Assembly: GCF_030028105.1 (NCBI RefSeq)
Contig: NC_092383.1
Coordinates: forward strand, 66,167,426-66,231,425
Reading direction: 5' to 3'
Length of the DNA: 64,000 nucleotides
DNA from: Mobula birostris
Lineage: Eukaryota
Shown piece by piece: positions 1-11,100 of this stretch. Each line of letters begins with the position of its first letter. The first letter of the stretch is position 1. The translations under genes and the position numbers were made by a program. The notes beneath the pieces were generated by a model. The model ran no database searches. It saw nothing but the letters and a program-made list of their open reading frames with translations, and was not told the DNA's origin.

Positions 1-383
1 AGTCAGTGGGCTTGTAGAAGATGTCAGTGGACAGTCTGTCTCCAGAGATGGAGACCGAGAGATCGAGAAAGGGGATTGAAGTGTCTGAGATAGACCAAGT
101 GGATTTGAGGGCTGGGTGGAAGCTAGGAGTAAAGTCGATGAAATTGACAAGCTCAGCATGGGTGCAGGAAGCAGCACCAATGTACTCATCAATGTACCGA
201 AGGAAAAGTTGGGGAGCAGTACCAGAATAGGTTTGGAGCACAGACTGTTCCAGATAACCAACGAAGAGGCAGGCATAGCTAGGGCCCATGCAAGTTCCCA
301 TAGCTACACCCTTAGTCTCAAGAAAGTGGTAAGAGCCAAAAGAGAAGTCATTGAGTGTGAGAACTAGTTCTGCCAACCGGAGG
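1..383 (-). mobile_element. Penelope-like retroelement reverse transcriptase fragment (runs off the window edge)
   Basis: Minus-strand translation LTLNDFSF...KGVAMGTCMGPSYACLFVG...FLRYIDEY...PFLDL...DIFYKPTD matches PLE RT motifs; YIDD reads YIDE here. Confidence 0.85.
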
Positions 384-1108
384 ACAAGAAAACTTTATTT
401 CCATCTTTTACAGTTTCAAACTAACAAAAAATGAAAAGTGCCCAAAGCAAAAGTTTGGGCACCCTGCATGACACCCCCTTTGGCAAGTATCACAGCTTGT
501 AAATGCTTTTTGTAGTCAGCTAAGAGTCTTTCAATTCTTGTTTGGGGGATTTTCACCCATTCTTCCTTGCAAAAGGCTTCTAGTTCTGTGAGATTCTTGG
601 GCCGTCTTGCATGCACTGCTCTTTTGAGGTCCATCCACAGATTCTCAATGATGTTTAGGTCAGGGGACTGTGAGGGACATGACAAAACCTTCAGCTTGCA
701 CCACAAGAGGTAGTCCATTGTGGATTCTGATGTGTGTTTAGGATCATTATCCTGTTGTAGAAACCATCCTCTTTTCATCTTTGGCTTTTTTACAGATGGT
801 GTGATGTTTACTTCCAGAATTTGCTGGTATTTAATTGAATTCATTCTTCCCTCTACCAGTAAATGTTCCCCGTGCCACTGGCTAGAACACAAACCCAAAG
901 CATGATCCATCCACCCCCATGTTTAAGAGTTGGAGAGGGGTTCTTTTCATGAAATTCTGCACCTTTTTTTCTCCAAACATATCTTTGTTCATTGCGGTCA
1001 AAAAGTTCTATTCAAAAGGTTCAAAGGAACGTCTAAACAAGCCTAATGCTTTTTGGAAGCAAGTCCTGTGGACTGATGAAGTTAAAATAGAAGTTTTTGG
1101 TTGCAATG
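384..1108 (-). mobile_element. Tc1-family DNA transposon remnant, internally inverted
   Basis: ORF 416-910(-) has LQQDNDPKH...SPDLNIIENLW (DD34E region); the upstream piece FWKQVLWTDEVKIEVFG is on the + strand at ~1020-1108. Confidence 0.85.
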
Positions 1109-1587
1109 TGAAACGTTCTGCGCTTCAACAGGTAAGTAGTCCTCTCAGGTTCATTTTAAAACTACTGCATCGCCGCTGTTACGTCATGTAACTCCAGACA
1201 CTAACCCAGAGATTAGTGGGAGCCCGGGAAAATGTACACATGAGGAAATCTGAAGATGCTGAAATTTCAAGCATCTCTAGGAAGAGGTACAGTCGACGTT
1301 TCGGGCCGAGACCCTTCGTTAGTCTTGAAACGTCGACCGTTCCTCTTCCTAGAGATGCTGCCTGGCCTGCTGTGTTCACCAGCAACTTTGATGTGTGTTA
1401 CCCGGGAAAACGGGTATACTTTGTTTTACTTTAGTGAAAAGCTCACATGTGACGTGATGGTGTAATGATACATGCCATTCATATACTTTTACTTAAAACT
1501 CGTAATGAATTATGTAAACAAAATGCTTAATCAAACAGTATGTTTACAATATTACTCAAAGGTTACTGAAATATTAAATGCACAACA
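1107..1587 (-). mobile_element. Possible solo LTR interrupted by a Penelope fragment
   Basis: Minus strand reads TGTTGTG...TTTCACA (TG...CA ends) with an internal AGTAAA; no TSD identified. Confidence 0.4.
1233..1400. mobile_element. Fold-back Penelope terminal-repeat insertion
   Basis: Inverted arms 1270-1302 and 1327-1359; same family as 12385-12500 and 46159-46260; flanked by direct repeat CCCGGGAAAA (1223-1232, 1401-1410). Confidence 0.8.
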
Positions 1588-1964
1588 CTATATGTACTTG
1601 GATAATACATTACTGTGAACTTTGAAACTGTTAAATTGTTCTTTTTGGGTTGCGGGTTGCTAGGGCGGCATAGCTCAAAGGATCTACTCCGCGCAGTGTC
1701 ACTAAAAATTAAACTAAAGCAGTGTTATAGTTACACAGTAAATGCATTGCGGGCTAATAAAGAGGCAGCACTCTGTCAGCAACGTTAACCTGCTTCTAGA
1801 AATTTATACATAGAAGCCTCCAACCCAAACACTGGATTGCCATTGAATGAGCCACAACTGTGTTTACAGTTCGCAAACAGTTCTCTGCCTTCGAGGGGCT
1901 TCAGATGGCCTGGAACCGGGAGAGAAACCCTGCCAGCCCAGCCCACGGGGAACTTTGCTGCAAT

Positions 1965-2116
1965 TTGAGCACATGCGCCCTGCCGCCCCTCCGCCCCTCC
2001 GCCCCTCCGCCCCTCCGCCCCTCCGCCCCGGTTGACGCATGCGTCCTCGCAGAGGAGCGCCGCGTCGTGTCACGTCACGTCACGTCACGTCACCCGGAGA
2101 CGCGTCACGGAGGAAG
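1965..2116 (+). promoter_or_regulatory. TIMM17A CpG-island promoter/5'UTR
   Basis: (CCGCCCCT)x6 at 1983-2029, palindrome GACGCATGCGTC at 2034-2045 (NRF1-like), (GTCAC)x5 at 2069-2093; no TATA box; directly upstream of the ATG. Confidence 0.85.
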
Positions 2117-2142
2117 ATGGAGGAGTATGCTCGCGAGCCTTG
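2117..2142 (+). CDS. TIMM17A: TIMM17A coding exon 1
   Basis: ATG GAG GAG TAT GCT CGC GAG CCT TG|gtgagc = MEEYAREP(C); lies in a CpG island. Confidence 0.95.
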
Positions 2143-5100
2143 GTGAGCTGGGAGCCGGGTAACTGTAAATGGCGAGGGGTCGGCGGTCCGTGGGTGCGGA
2201 GGAGACACGTCCGAGCCCCGGCCCTCGTCTCTCTAAGGCGCTGGTCGTGGTGCGCGTATCTATGATCTTCGCAGGGGAAAGAGGATGGCTGGAAGGGTGG
2301 GAGCAGCGACTGAGAGACCGGCCGGGCCTTGCCGGAGAGCAGCCACGAGTTGTGGGGACGGTGGTAGAAGGTCAAGGGTTCGACAGTCTCTTGGTGTGGA
2401 GTGACTAGTTGAAGGTCACAGGTGGACCCTTACCTGTGGGTGTGGGGTGGCCAGTTCAAGGTCACAGATGGACCCTTTACTCTGGGTGTGGTGTTGCTGG
2501 TAGAAGGTCAGGTGCCCTCACCTGGTGACGGTTCCCCAAAGCTGTGGAGGGAGTGGGAGGGAACGGTGGAGGTAACCCCTGATGAGTATCCCTGACGAAG
2601 ACAGCAGAGTTTGTTATCGAGGCATCGGTTGTAATCAATAACTGTACCCGGCTTGAAGCCTGAGAAGAGGTTATTTGTGGAGAACTCAGTTCAGGAAAAA
2701 TTTTTGTAGAACCCGGATGCTGTGAAACAGCAGTTAATAATTTCTCCCTACAGTTGCTGACTGACGCTCAATGTAGGTTACATGGTCGGCACAACATTGT
2801 TATTGGTTATATTAACATTGTGGGCCGAAGGGCCTGTAATGTGCTGTAGATTTCTGTTTCTGTATTCCTCCAACACTTTGTTTTTGCAATCTTTGATCGA
2901 GTATTGGGCAGTGAGAAAGGAAATAACCTTGATGTAAATGGTCCTTGAAGGAAGAGTGACCAAAATGTGATATAATTTTACATTGAAAGGGATTTAAATT
3001 AAAGTAATTTAAAATCTTTCAGATAAAATAAAAATTGTGAAGGTACGAGGGGTGAATTGGCTGTGGTCAATTTGGAAATGACTTTTGAAAGCATGGCAGC
3101 AGACAGGCATTGACTAACGTTTAAGAAAATATTATTTGCAAAAGGGGGAGAAAGGTCATTTTAAAGCATAAAGCAGTGCAGGAGTAGTTGGCTAACAATG
3201 GTTGCCAGCAGTTATTAAAGATCAATTATAGGAGAGGCATATGCCATTGCCAGAAATAGCAGGAGGAAAAGATCGGCCATTAACTTAGTGATTGGAGTAT
3301 GCACAAAAGGTTGGGTAGCTTACGTCTAATACTTATATTCTTCTGGACGAGAGAAAACTTGGACAGGGCAACCTGCCCTCAGTATCCTGATACTGTTTCT
3401 AAGGAGTTTGTACATTCTTCCTGTGGCTAGGTGTGTTTCCTCTGGTTTTCCAGTTTCCTCCCACACGCCAACGATATGTGGGTCAGTAAGTTGGTCACAT
3501 GGGTGCAATTGGACACCATGGGCTAATGTGGGCTGGAAGACCCTGTTACAGTGGTGTATATTAAAATTAAATATGGAAGGGATTGGAATTATCAAGAATG
3601 TTTATTTATTGAGATACAGCACAGAACAGGCCCTTCAAACCATGCCGTCCAGCAACTCCCGATTTAATCCTAGTCAAATCACAGGATAATTTACAATGAC
3701 CAATTAACCTATCAACCGGTGTGTCATTGTACTGTGGGAGAAAACTGAACCACCTGGAGAAAACCCATGCTGTCACAGGGAGTGGGATTGGTCTTCTGTG
3801 TAATTCATTAGATGTTTGTGGAGATTTTCCACTTTAGTATTTGTGCACATTCGGTTTTGCTTGAGCAGATACCGCTGACATAGCAAGTACGTAATGTCAT
3901 TTCTTTCTCATTAGCCCTTGGAGGATCGTGGATGACTGTGGTGGTGCCTTTACCATGGGTGCCATAGGTGGTGGAATATTTCAGTCTATTAAAGGCTTTA
4001 GGAATTCACCAGTGGTATGTCATTTCACAAACCTGATAAAATTTTCATCTTTTTTATGTTCCTTAGTCTGAGATAATGTTCAGTTTCTTTGTACATTCTC
4101 CTAACCTTGTTTTTGCATGTGAAGTGATGTATTGCTTTTCTAACATCTCACTAATGTAGAAATAAAGTAGATAAAATTTTGATTTGCTCTATACAAGGAG
4201 GAGTCTAAAATCTTGCTTTACAGTTGTAATGAAGGATGTCAGAATTTGTACCATGAAACTGACAGCAACTTCTGAAATATTTGAATATATGATAAAATGT
4301 ATAAAATTCAGAAGTATCTGCTTTTGATTTTCCCGTTCCTTTACTGGATGCAATTTAGAGTTGTTCTCAGCGTAATCTTGTGAAGTTGGTAGAGTCAGTC
4401 ATAAAGCCCAGAAATAGGCCCTTTTTCATATGCCATCAAGTACTCATTTCTACTAGTCTTACTTAACAGCAGGCTGAGGTAGCAGACACCAACAGAATCA
4501 ACAAACTCATTTGTAAGGCCAGTGATGTTGTGGGATGGAACTGGACTCTCTGACAGTGGTGTCTGAAAAGAAGATGCTGTTTAAGTTGCATGCCACCTTG
4601 GACAATGTCTCCCATCCACTACATAATGTACGGTTGGGCACAGGAGTGCATTCAGCCAGAGGCTCATTCCACCGAGATGCGACACAGAGCGTCATAGGAA
4701 GTCATTCCTGCCTGTGGCCACCAAACTTTACAACTCCTCCCTTGGAGGGTTAGACATCCTGAGCCAATAGGCTGGTCCTGGACTTATTTCATAATTTACT
4801 GGCATAATTTACATATTACTATTTAACTATTTATGGTTTTATTACTATTATTTATGGTGCAACTATAATGAAAACCAATTTCTCCCGGGATCAATAAAGT
4901 ATGACTATGACTATCAACAGTTGGTGAGGAGTTTGCTAAGTGTTCTTGCAGTAAAATAAACTGAAAATGTTATGCAGTTATTATATGAAGTATAAGTGAA
5001 ATTTTAATAGCACAGCATATGTTTACTGCTGTTGGCAGCTTTTAATTGTTTAAAAACTAATGTACATCTGATCTGTAATAAATCTGGGCAAATATTTCAA

Positions 5101-8100
5101 AATATAACAAATTTTACCCTTTTCCCCCAGTTTTCACCAAGTTCCGATCTTAATCTTGTCTGATATCAGTGGCGGAAAAGTTATTGGAAGGTTTTCTAAG
5201 AGGCTGTGTATATAAGTATTTGGATAGTCATGGATTGATTTAAGGATAGTCAGCATGGCTTTGTATGTGGTAGGTCATACCTAATCATTTTTAGAGTCTT
5301 GTGAGGAAGTTACTAGGAAAGTGGATGAAGGCAAGGCACTGGATGTTGCCTACATGGCATTTGACGAGGTCCCACATGGCTGGTTGATCAAGAAGGTTCA
5401 GTCGCTCAGCATTCAAGATGAGGTAGTAAATTGGACTAGACATTGCCTTTGTGGTAGGGGGTTACCTCTGACTGGAGGCCTATGACTAATGTATGGCAGG
5501 GATCAGTGCTGCTCCATTGTTTGTTATCTATGTCCATGATTTGGATGATAAAGTGGTTAACTGGATCAGCAAATTTGTGGGTGACACCAAGGTTGGGGTT
5601 GTGGACAGTGATGAAGGCTATCATAGCTTGTAGAGGAATCTCTATCAGCTGAAAAAATGGCAGATGGAATTTAATGCAGACAAGTGCGAGGTGTAGTGCT
5701 TCAGTAGGACCAACCAGGGTAGGTCTTACACAGCGAATGGTAGGGCACTGAGGAGTGTTGTAGAATAAAGGGATCTGGGAATACAGGTACATGTTTCCTT
5801 GAAAGTGATGTTAAATGTCAATAGGGTCATAAAGAAAGGTTTTAGCACTTTGGCCTTCATATATCAAAGTACTGAGTGCAAGAGATGGTATGTTATATTG
5901 AAGTTGTATAAGGCGTTGGTGAGGCCTAATTTGGAGTATTGTGTGCTATTTTGGTCACCTACCTACAGGAAAAATGTAAATAAGGTTGAAAGGGTACAGA
6001 GAAAATTTACAAGGATGTTGCCTGAGTTATAAGGAAAGATTGACTAGGTTAGGACTTTATTCCTTAGAAAGTGGACGATTGAGAGATTTGATAGAGGTAT
6101 TCAAAATTGAGGGGGGAGTATAGATAGGGTAAATGCAACCAGGCTTTTTCCACTGAGGTTGGGTAGGACTGCAACCAGAGGTCATGGGTTAAGGGTGAAA
6201 GGTGAAAAGTTAAGGGGAACATGAAGGGAAACAACTTCACTCAGAGGGTTATGAGAGTGGAGCAAGCTGCCAACACAAGTGGTACATGTGAGCTTGATTT
6301 CAATGTTTTAAGGGAAATTTGGATAGGTGCATGGATGGTAGGGGTATTGAGGCTATGGTCTCTGCAGGTCTGTGGGAATAAGCAGTTTAAAAGGTTTAGG
6401 CATAGACTAGATGGGCATAAGGGCCTGTTTCTGTGCTGTACTTTTCTATCACTGCTGTAATTGCTAACAAGAGAATTATTTAACATCACTCGCTGCCTGG
6501 GCAATTTGATACTATAATTTTTGCTGGATTGTTTAGATCAATGTCAAAGGAAAAAGTCAAAGTTTTGGTGACATGGTGAATCTATGCAAACTTATAAGAA
6601 AATAGATGTGCTGTTGTGTTTTCTTTGTAATGGGTCTCATGCTGGTCTCAGGTCAGATCCTCTAATGTGATAATGCCAAGGAATTTAAAGCTGCTGATGC
6701 TGTCTACCTCCAATCTCCAGTGAGAACTGGCTTATGGATCTGGCTTCTTCCTGTAATTGATAATTAGTTTGATTTTGCTGACAGTGAGAAGTTGTTGCTG
6801 TGGTACCATTCATCCAGATTTTCTGTCTCCCTCCTATATGCAGATTAGTCACCATGCTCGATTTAGCCAGTGGCAGTAGTGTTGTCAGTAAACTTAAATA
6901 GGCATTGATTGGAGCTGTACTTAGCCCCACTATCAGATATAAAGTGAGTAAAGCAGGGTGCTTAACGCGCAGGGTGTAGTGCACGTGTGCTGATGGTAAT
7001 TGTGAAGGAGATAAGATACTATGAGATCTTCTATGGATAACAGACTTCTTTGAATTTGCAGTGAGCCTCATCTGGAAGCAAAGCTCACTGTCCCCTACGT
7101 CACAACATTTAACTTTGTAGGAGGTTATGGCATTCAGAACATGCCGCAGCTGTTGAACATCCCTTGTAGATTCCAGTCTAGTCTGGAATCTCCACTTTGC
7201 CTTTGAGACGACTTTTTGGAGGTCATTATTGCAGCTCTTGCAACATTCTTGATCTCCAGACTTGAATGCCTCTGATCTAGCTCACAACAAATTTTGGATT
7301 TCATTGTTCATCCAAAGCTTCAAGGCACACTCATCCATATGTCTACTCTTAATTCCTTGAATGATAACTGAAGTATGTAAATATTTTTGAATTTTGTATG
7401 AACTTTCCCCACGTTTCAAACATGCACAAAGATGCAGGTGACCCAGCCTTTGATTAAATGCATATGCATATTTCTTCTAAGCAGCAGACTACAAAATTCC
7501 ATCAATGATCTTCAGTTCTCACATTTGATGGTTTAATGTGGAGCAGAAGTCATGAGCTCCAGCAGAGCAGTTAAGTGTGTCAGCGCCATGACTGAAAATG
7601 CGGCAAGCGAGGCGGAATTCAAACCAGGCTGAAAAGCAGAGGGATGAGGCCTCCTCTACCCCGTCTTGTTGGCAAATATGTGGTTGCTGGAAAATATGAT
7701 TGATGATCTCAGGGCAAGGCTGCTATATCAGAGGCAGATCTCAATTGTTTGTTGCACTGAAACTTGGTTAATAGCGAACACACCAGATGTAGTGATACAG
7801 CCCGAGGATCTTACTAATTTTCTAATGATTAAATGTAGACCATTCTATTTGCCTCGGGAGTTCTCATACGTGATCCTGGCTGCAGTTCACATATCACCAG
7901 TGGCAGATTATAAGCAGGCAATTGTGAAACTGCATGATGTTGTCTGCAAGCAAGAAGCAGGCCATCCCGATGCATTTAACCAGGCCTGTTTGAAGAAAAC
8001 CCTGTCCAATTATCAGCGCATAATCTGATGCAACAGAGGTCCCAACACACCAAACCACTGCTACACTATGATAAGGAATGCCTTTTGTTCCTTTCTGAGA

Positions 8101-11100
8101 AACCATTTTGGCAAGTCGGTTAATTTGGCTGTACTCCTACTACCTGCATACAGACAGAGCCTAAAGAGCAAGGCTCCTGAAATCAAGACAACTTGGTGGT
8201 TGCAGGAGGCAGAGGAATGGCTATAGGGTTGAGTTGAGTCAGTGGACTGGGCCGTGTTCAAGTACTCATCTGAGAACCTGAATGACTACACCAAGGTTGT
8301 AACAGACTATTAAAACAGTCCTGGATGAGTGTGTCTTGAAGCCCTGGATGAACAATGAAATCCAGAATTTGTTGTGAGTTAGATCAGAGGCATTCAAGTC
8401 TGGAGATCAAGAATGCTGCAAGAGCTGCAATAATGACCTCCAGAAAGTCATCTCAAAGGCAAAGTGGAGGTTCCAGACTAGACTGGAATCTACGAGGGAT
8501 GTTCAACAACTGCGGCATGTTCTGAATGCCATAACCTCCTACAAAGTTAAATGTTGTGACATAGAGAACAGTGAGCTTTGCTTCCGGATGAGCTCAATGC
8601 CTCTGTGCTCGCCTTGACCCCAGAACAGTGAAGAATCATTGCACACCCCCATGTCTCCCGATGATCCTTTGGTCTCAGTATCTGAAGACGATGTGTGGGC
8701 TGCCTTTAAGAGAGTGAATCCAAGGAAAGCAGCCAGTCCGGATGGAGTACCTGGCCAGGTGCTGAAGATCTGTGCTGACCAGCTGGCTGGAGTATTAATA
8801 GATATCTTCAACTCTTGCTCTGGCAGTGTGTGGTACCCACCTGCTTCAAGCAGGCTTCAGTCGTACCAGTGCCCAAAGAGAGTGTGGTAACCTGCCTCAA
8901 TGACTATCGCCCAGTGGCATTTACATCCACAGTGATGAAATGTTTTGAGAGGCTGGTGTTGAAGCATATCAGCTCCTGTCTGAGTGGCAGCTTGGATCTG
9001 CTCCAATTTGCCTACCTTAGTAACAGGTCTACAGCAGATCCCATCTCATTGGCTCTTCACACAATCCTGGATCATCTGGACAGCAAAGATGCATACATCT
9101 GGATATATTTTATAGATTACAGCTCAGCATTTAATACCATCATCTCCTCAAAACTAATTAGTAAACTCCAAGACCTGGATCTCAGTACCCCTTGTGCAGT
9201 TGGATCCTGGATTTCCTCACTTGTAGACCCCAATCAGTTCGGATTGGCAAAAACATCTGGTCCACAATCTCTATTAGCACAGGAGCACCACAGGGATATG
9301 TGCTCAACCCCCTGCTCTACTTGCTTTACATCTATGACTGTGGCCAAGAACAGCTGCAGCACTATATACAAGTTTGCTGATGACACCACTGTTGTGGCGA
9401 TGAATCAGCATACAGGAGGGAGATTGAAAATTTAGCTGAGCGGTGTAGTAATAATAATAATAACGATAGCCTCTCACTCAAGGCCAAAGAACTTATTGAA
9501 GACTTCAGTAGAGGGAAACCAGAGGTCCCTGAGCCAGTACTTATTAGAGGAGCAGAGGTGGAGAGGGTCAGTAACTTTAAATTCCTGGGTGTCACTATCT
9601 CAGAGCACCTGTTCAAGACCCATTATATATTGCAAAGAAAGCACAACAGCACCTCTACTTCCTTAGGAGTCTGCAGAGATTTGGGTGGAATGTCATCAAA
9701 AACTTTGGCAAACTTCTATAGATGTGTGCTGATATAGACTGGCTGCATTACGGCCTGGTATGAGAACACTAATGCCTAAGAGCAGAAAGTCCTACAAAAG
9801 GTAGTGGATTCAGCCCAGTACATCATGCATAAAATCCTTCCAACTATTGAGCACATCTACATGAAACATCGCTTAGGAAAGCAGCATCCATCATCAAACA
9901 TCCTCACCACCCAGGCCATGCTCTTTTCTCACTGCTGCCTTTATGTAGAAGGTACAAGAACTAAAGGACTCTGGCCACCAGGTTCAAGGACAGTTACTAC
10001 TGCTCAATCATCAGGCACTACACTCATTCTCCTTCTGGTGTTCCCACAACCGATCGCCTCACTTTAAGGACTCTTTATCTTGTTATTTCATGCTTGTTAT
10101 TTATTTCTATTTATTTACATTTGCATCTGCACAGTTTGTCCATTGATCCTGCTTACAGTTACTGTTGTATGGATTTGCTAAGTATGCCCACAGAAATGAA
10201 TCTCACGGTTGTATGCAGTGACATTTATGTACACTGATAAATTTTACTTTGAATTTTAATATAACTAATATGACATTGACCTTTTGTAGCAATATTGTTA
10301 TTATGGTGTACTTTTGAAATAGGTTACTGAAGTTACTTATGTAATATTAATTTTGTTACATTTCTTTGCCTCTTGTATACTTTTGATATTTTTTTTTGTT
10401 TTTTCTTTAAACAGGGAATGAGTCACCGATTACGTGGAAGTTTGACTGCTGTTAAGAGTAGAGCTCCACAGATAGGAGGTACTTTGGTTGTATTTGCTTG
10501 TTTGATCTTTCAAGCTAAACAGTTTTTAAAATGTCAGTTCTCATAAGGCTGTTCATGATCAGCATTTGGGAAATTATCCACACTTTATAACTGAATGCTG
10601 AGGTATCTGTTCTGTAAATATCATTGTTCTTTTGATCTGTCTTGGAAATAAGATTTTGAGCCTGCAAATTATTTACTAAATTATACCAACAATGCAATAC
10701 TTTGTTGACTTGGAACATTATTACACAAGTCAGAATATGCTCCTGCTTCACTTTGGGATTTCGGGGAGAATGCTATAGTGTCAGAGTGCTATCTTTTGAA
10801 TGACTGTTCATTATGCTGCGGCATTTAGGGCAGCAGTGAAGGTCCTGCATTTCTGGTGGTGTTCAGGGCTTCCTTCATCATGTCAGTAGCTTCCTCTCAG
10901 CTTTCACTATTGTCTGTCATGAAAATCCCGGGTGGAGACTCCAGAATACCGTCACACTTAGATGTAGAAAGATTCTTCATAGCTGTTTCCACAACAATTT
11001 TGTTTTACTGGTCAAGGTTGTTAGCCCCGGGCTGAACACCCAAACCTGGAGGTCAAGTGGACCACTCTTAGTCTGGCCTCTACCCTTTGATCTGTTTGAC

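Noticed and set aside
1847-2408. Several overlapping Pro/Arg-rich ORFs
   Set aside because: By-products of the GC-rich promoter repeats; the real coding part is the 26-nt TIMM17A exon 1.
2355-2525. Regularly spaced repeats as a CRISPR array
   Set aside because: Vertebrate intron, the 'spacers' are homologous to each other, and there are no cas genes.
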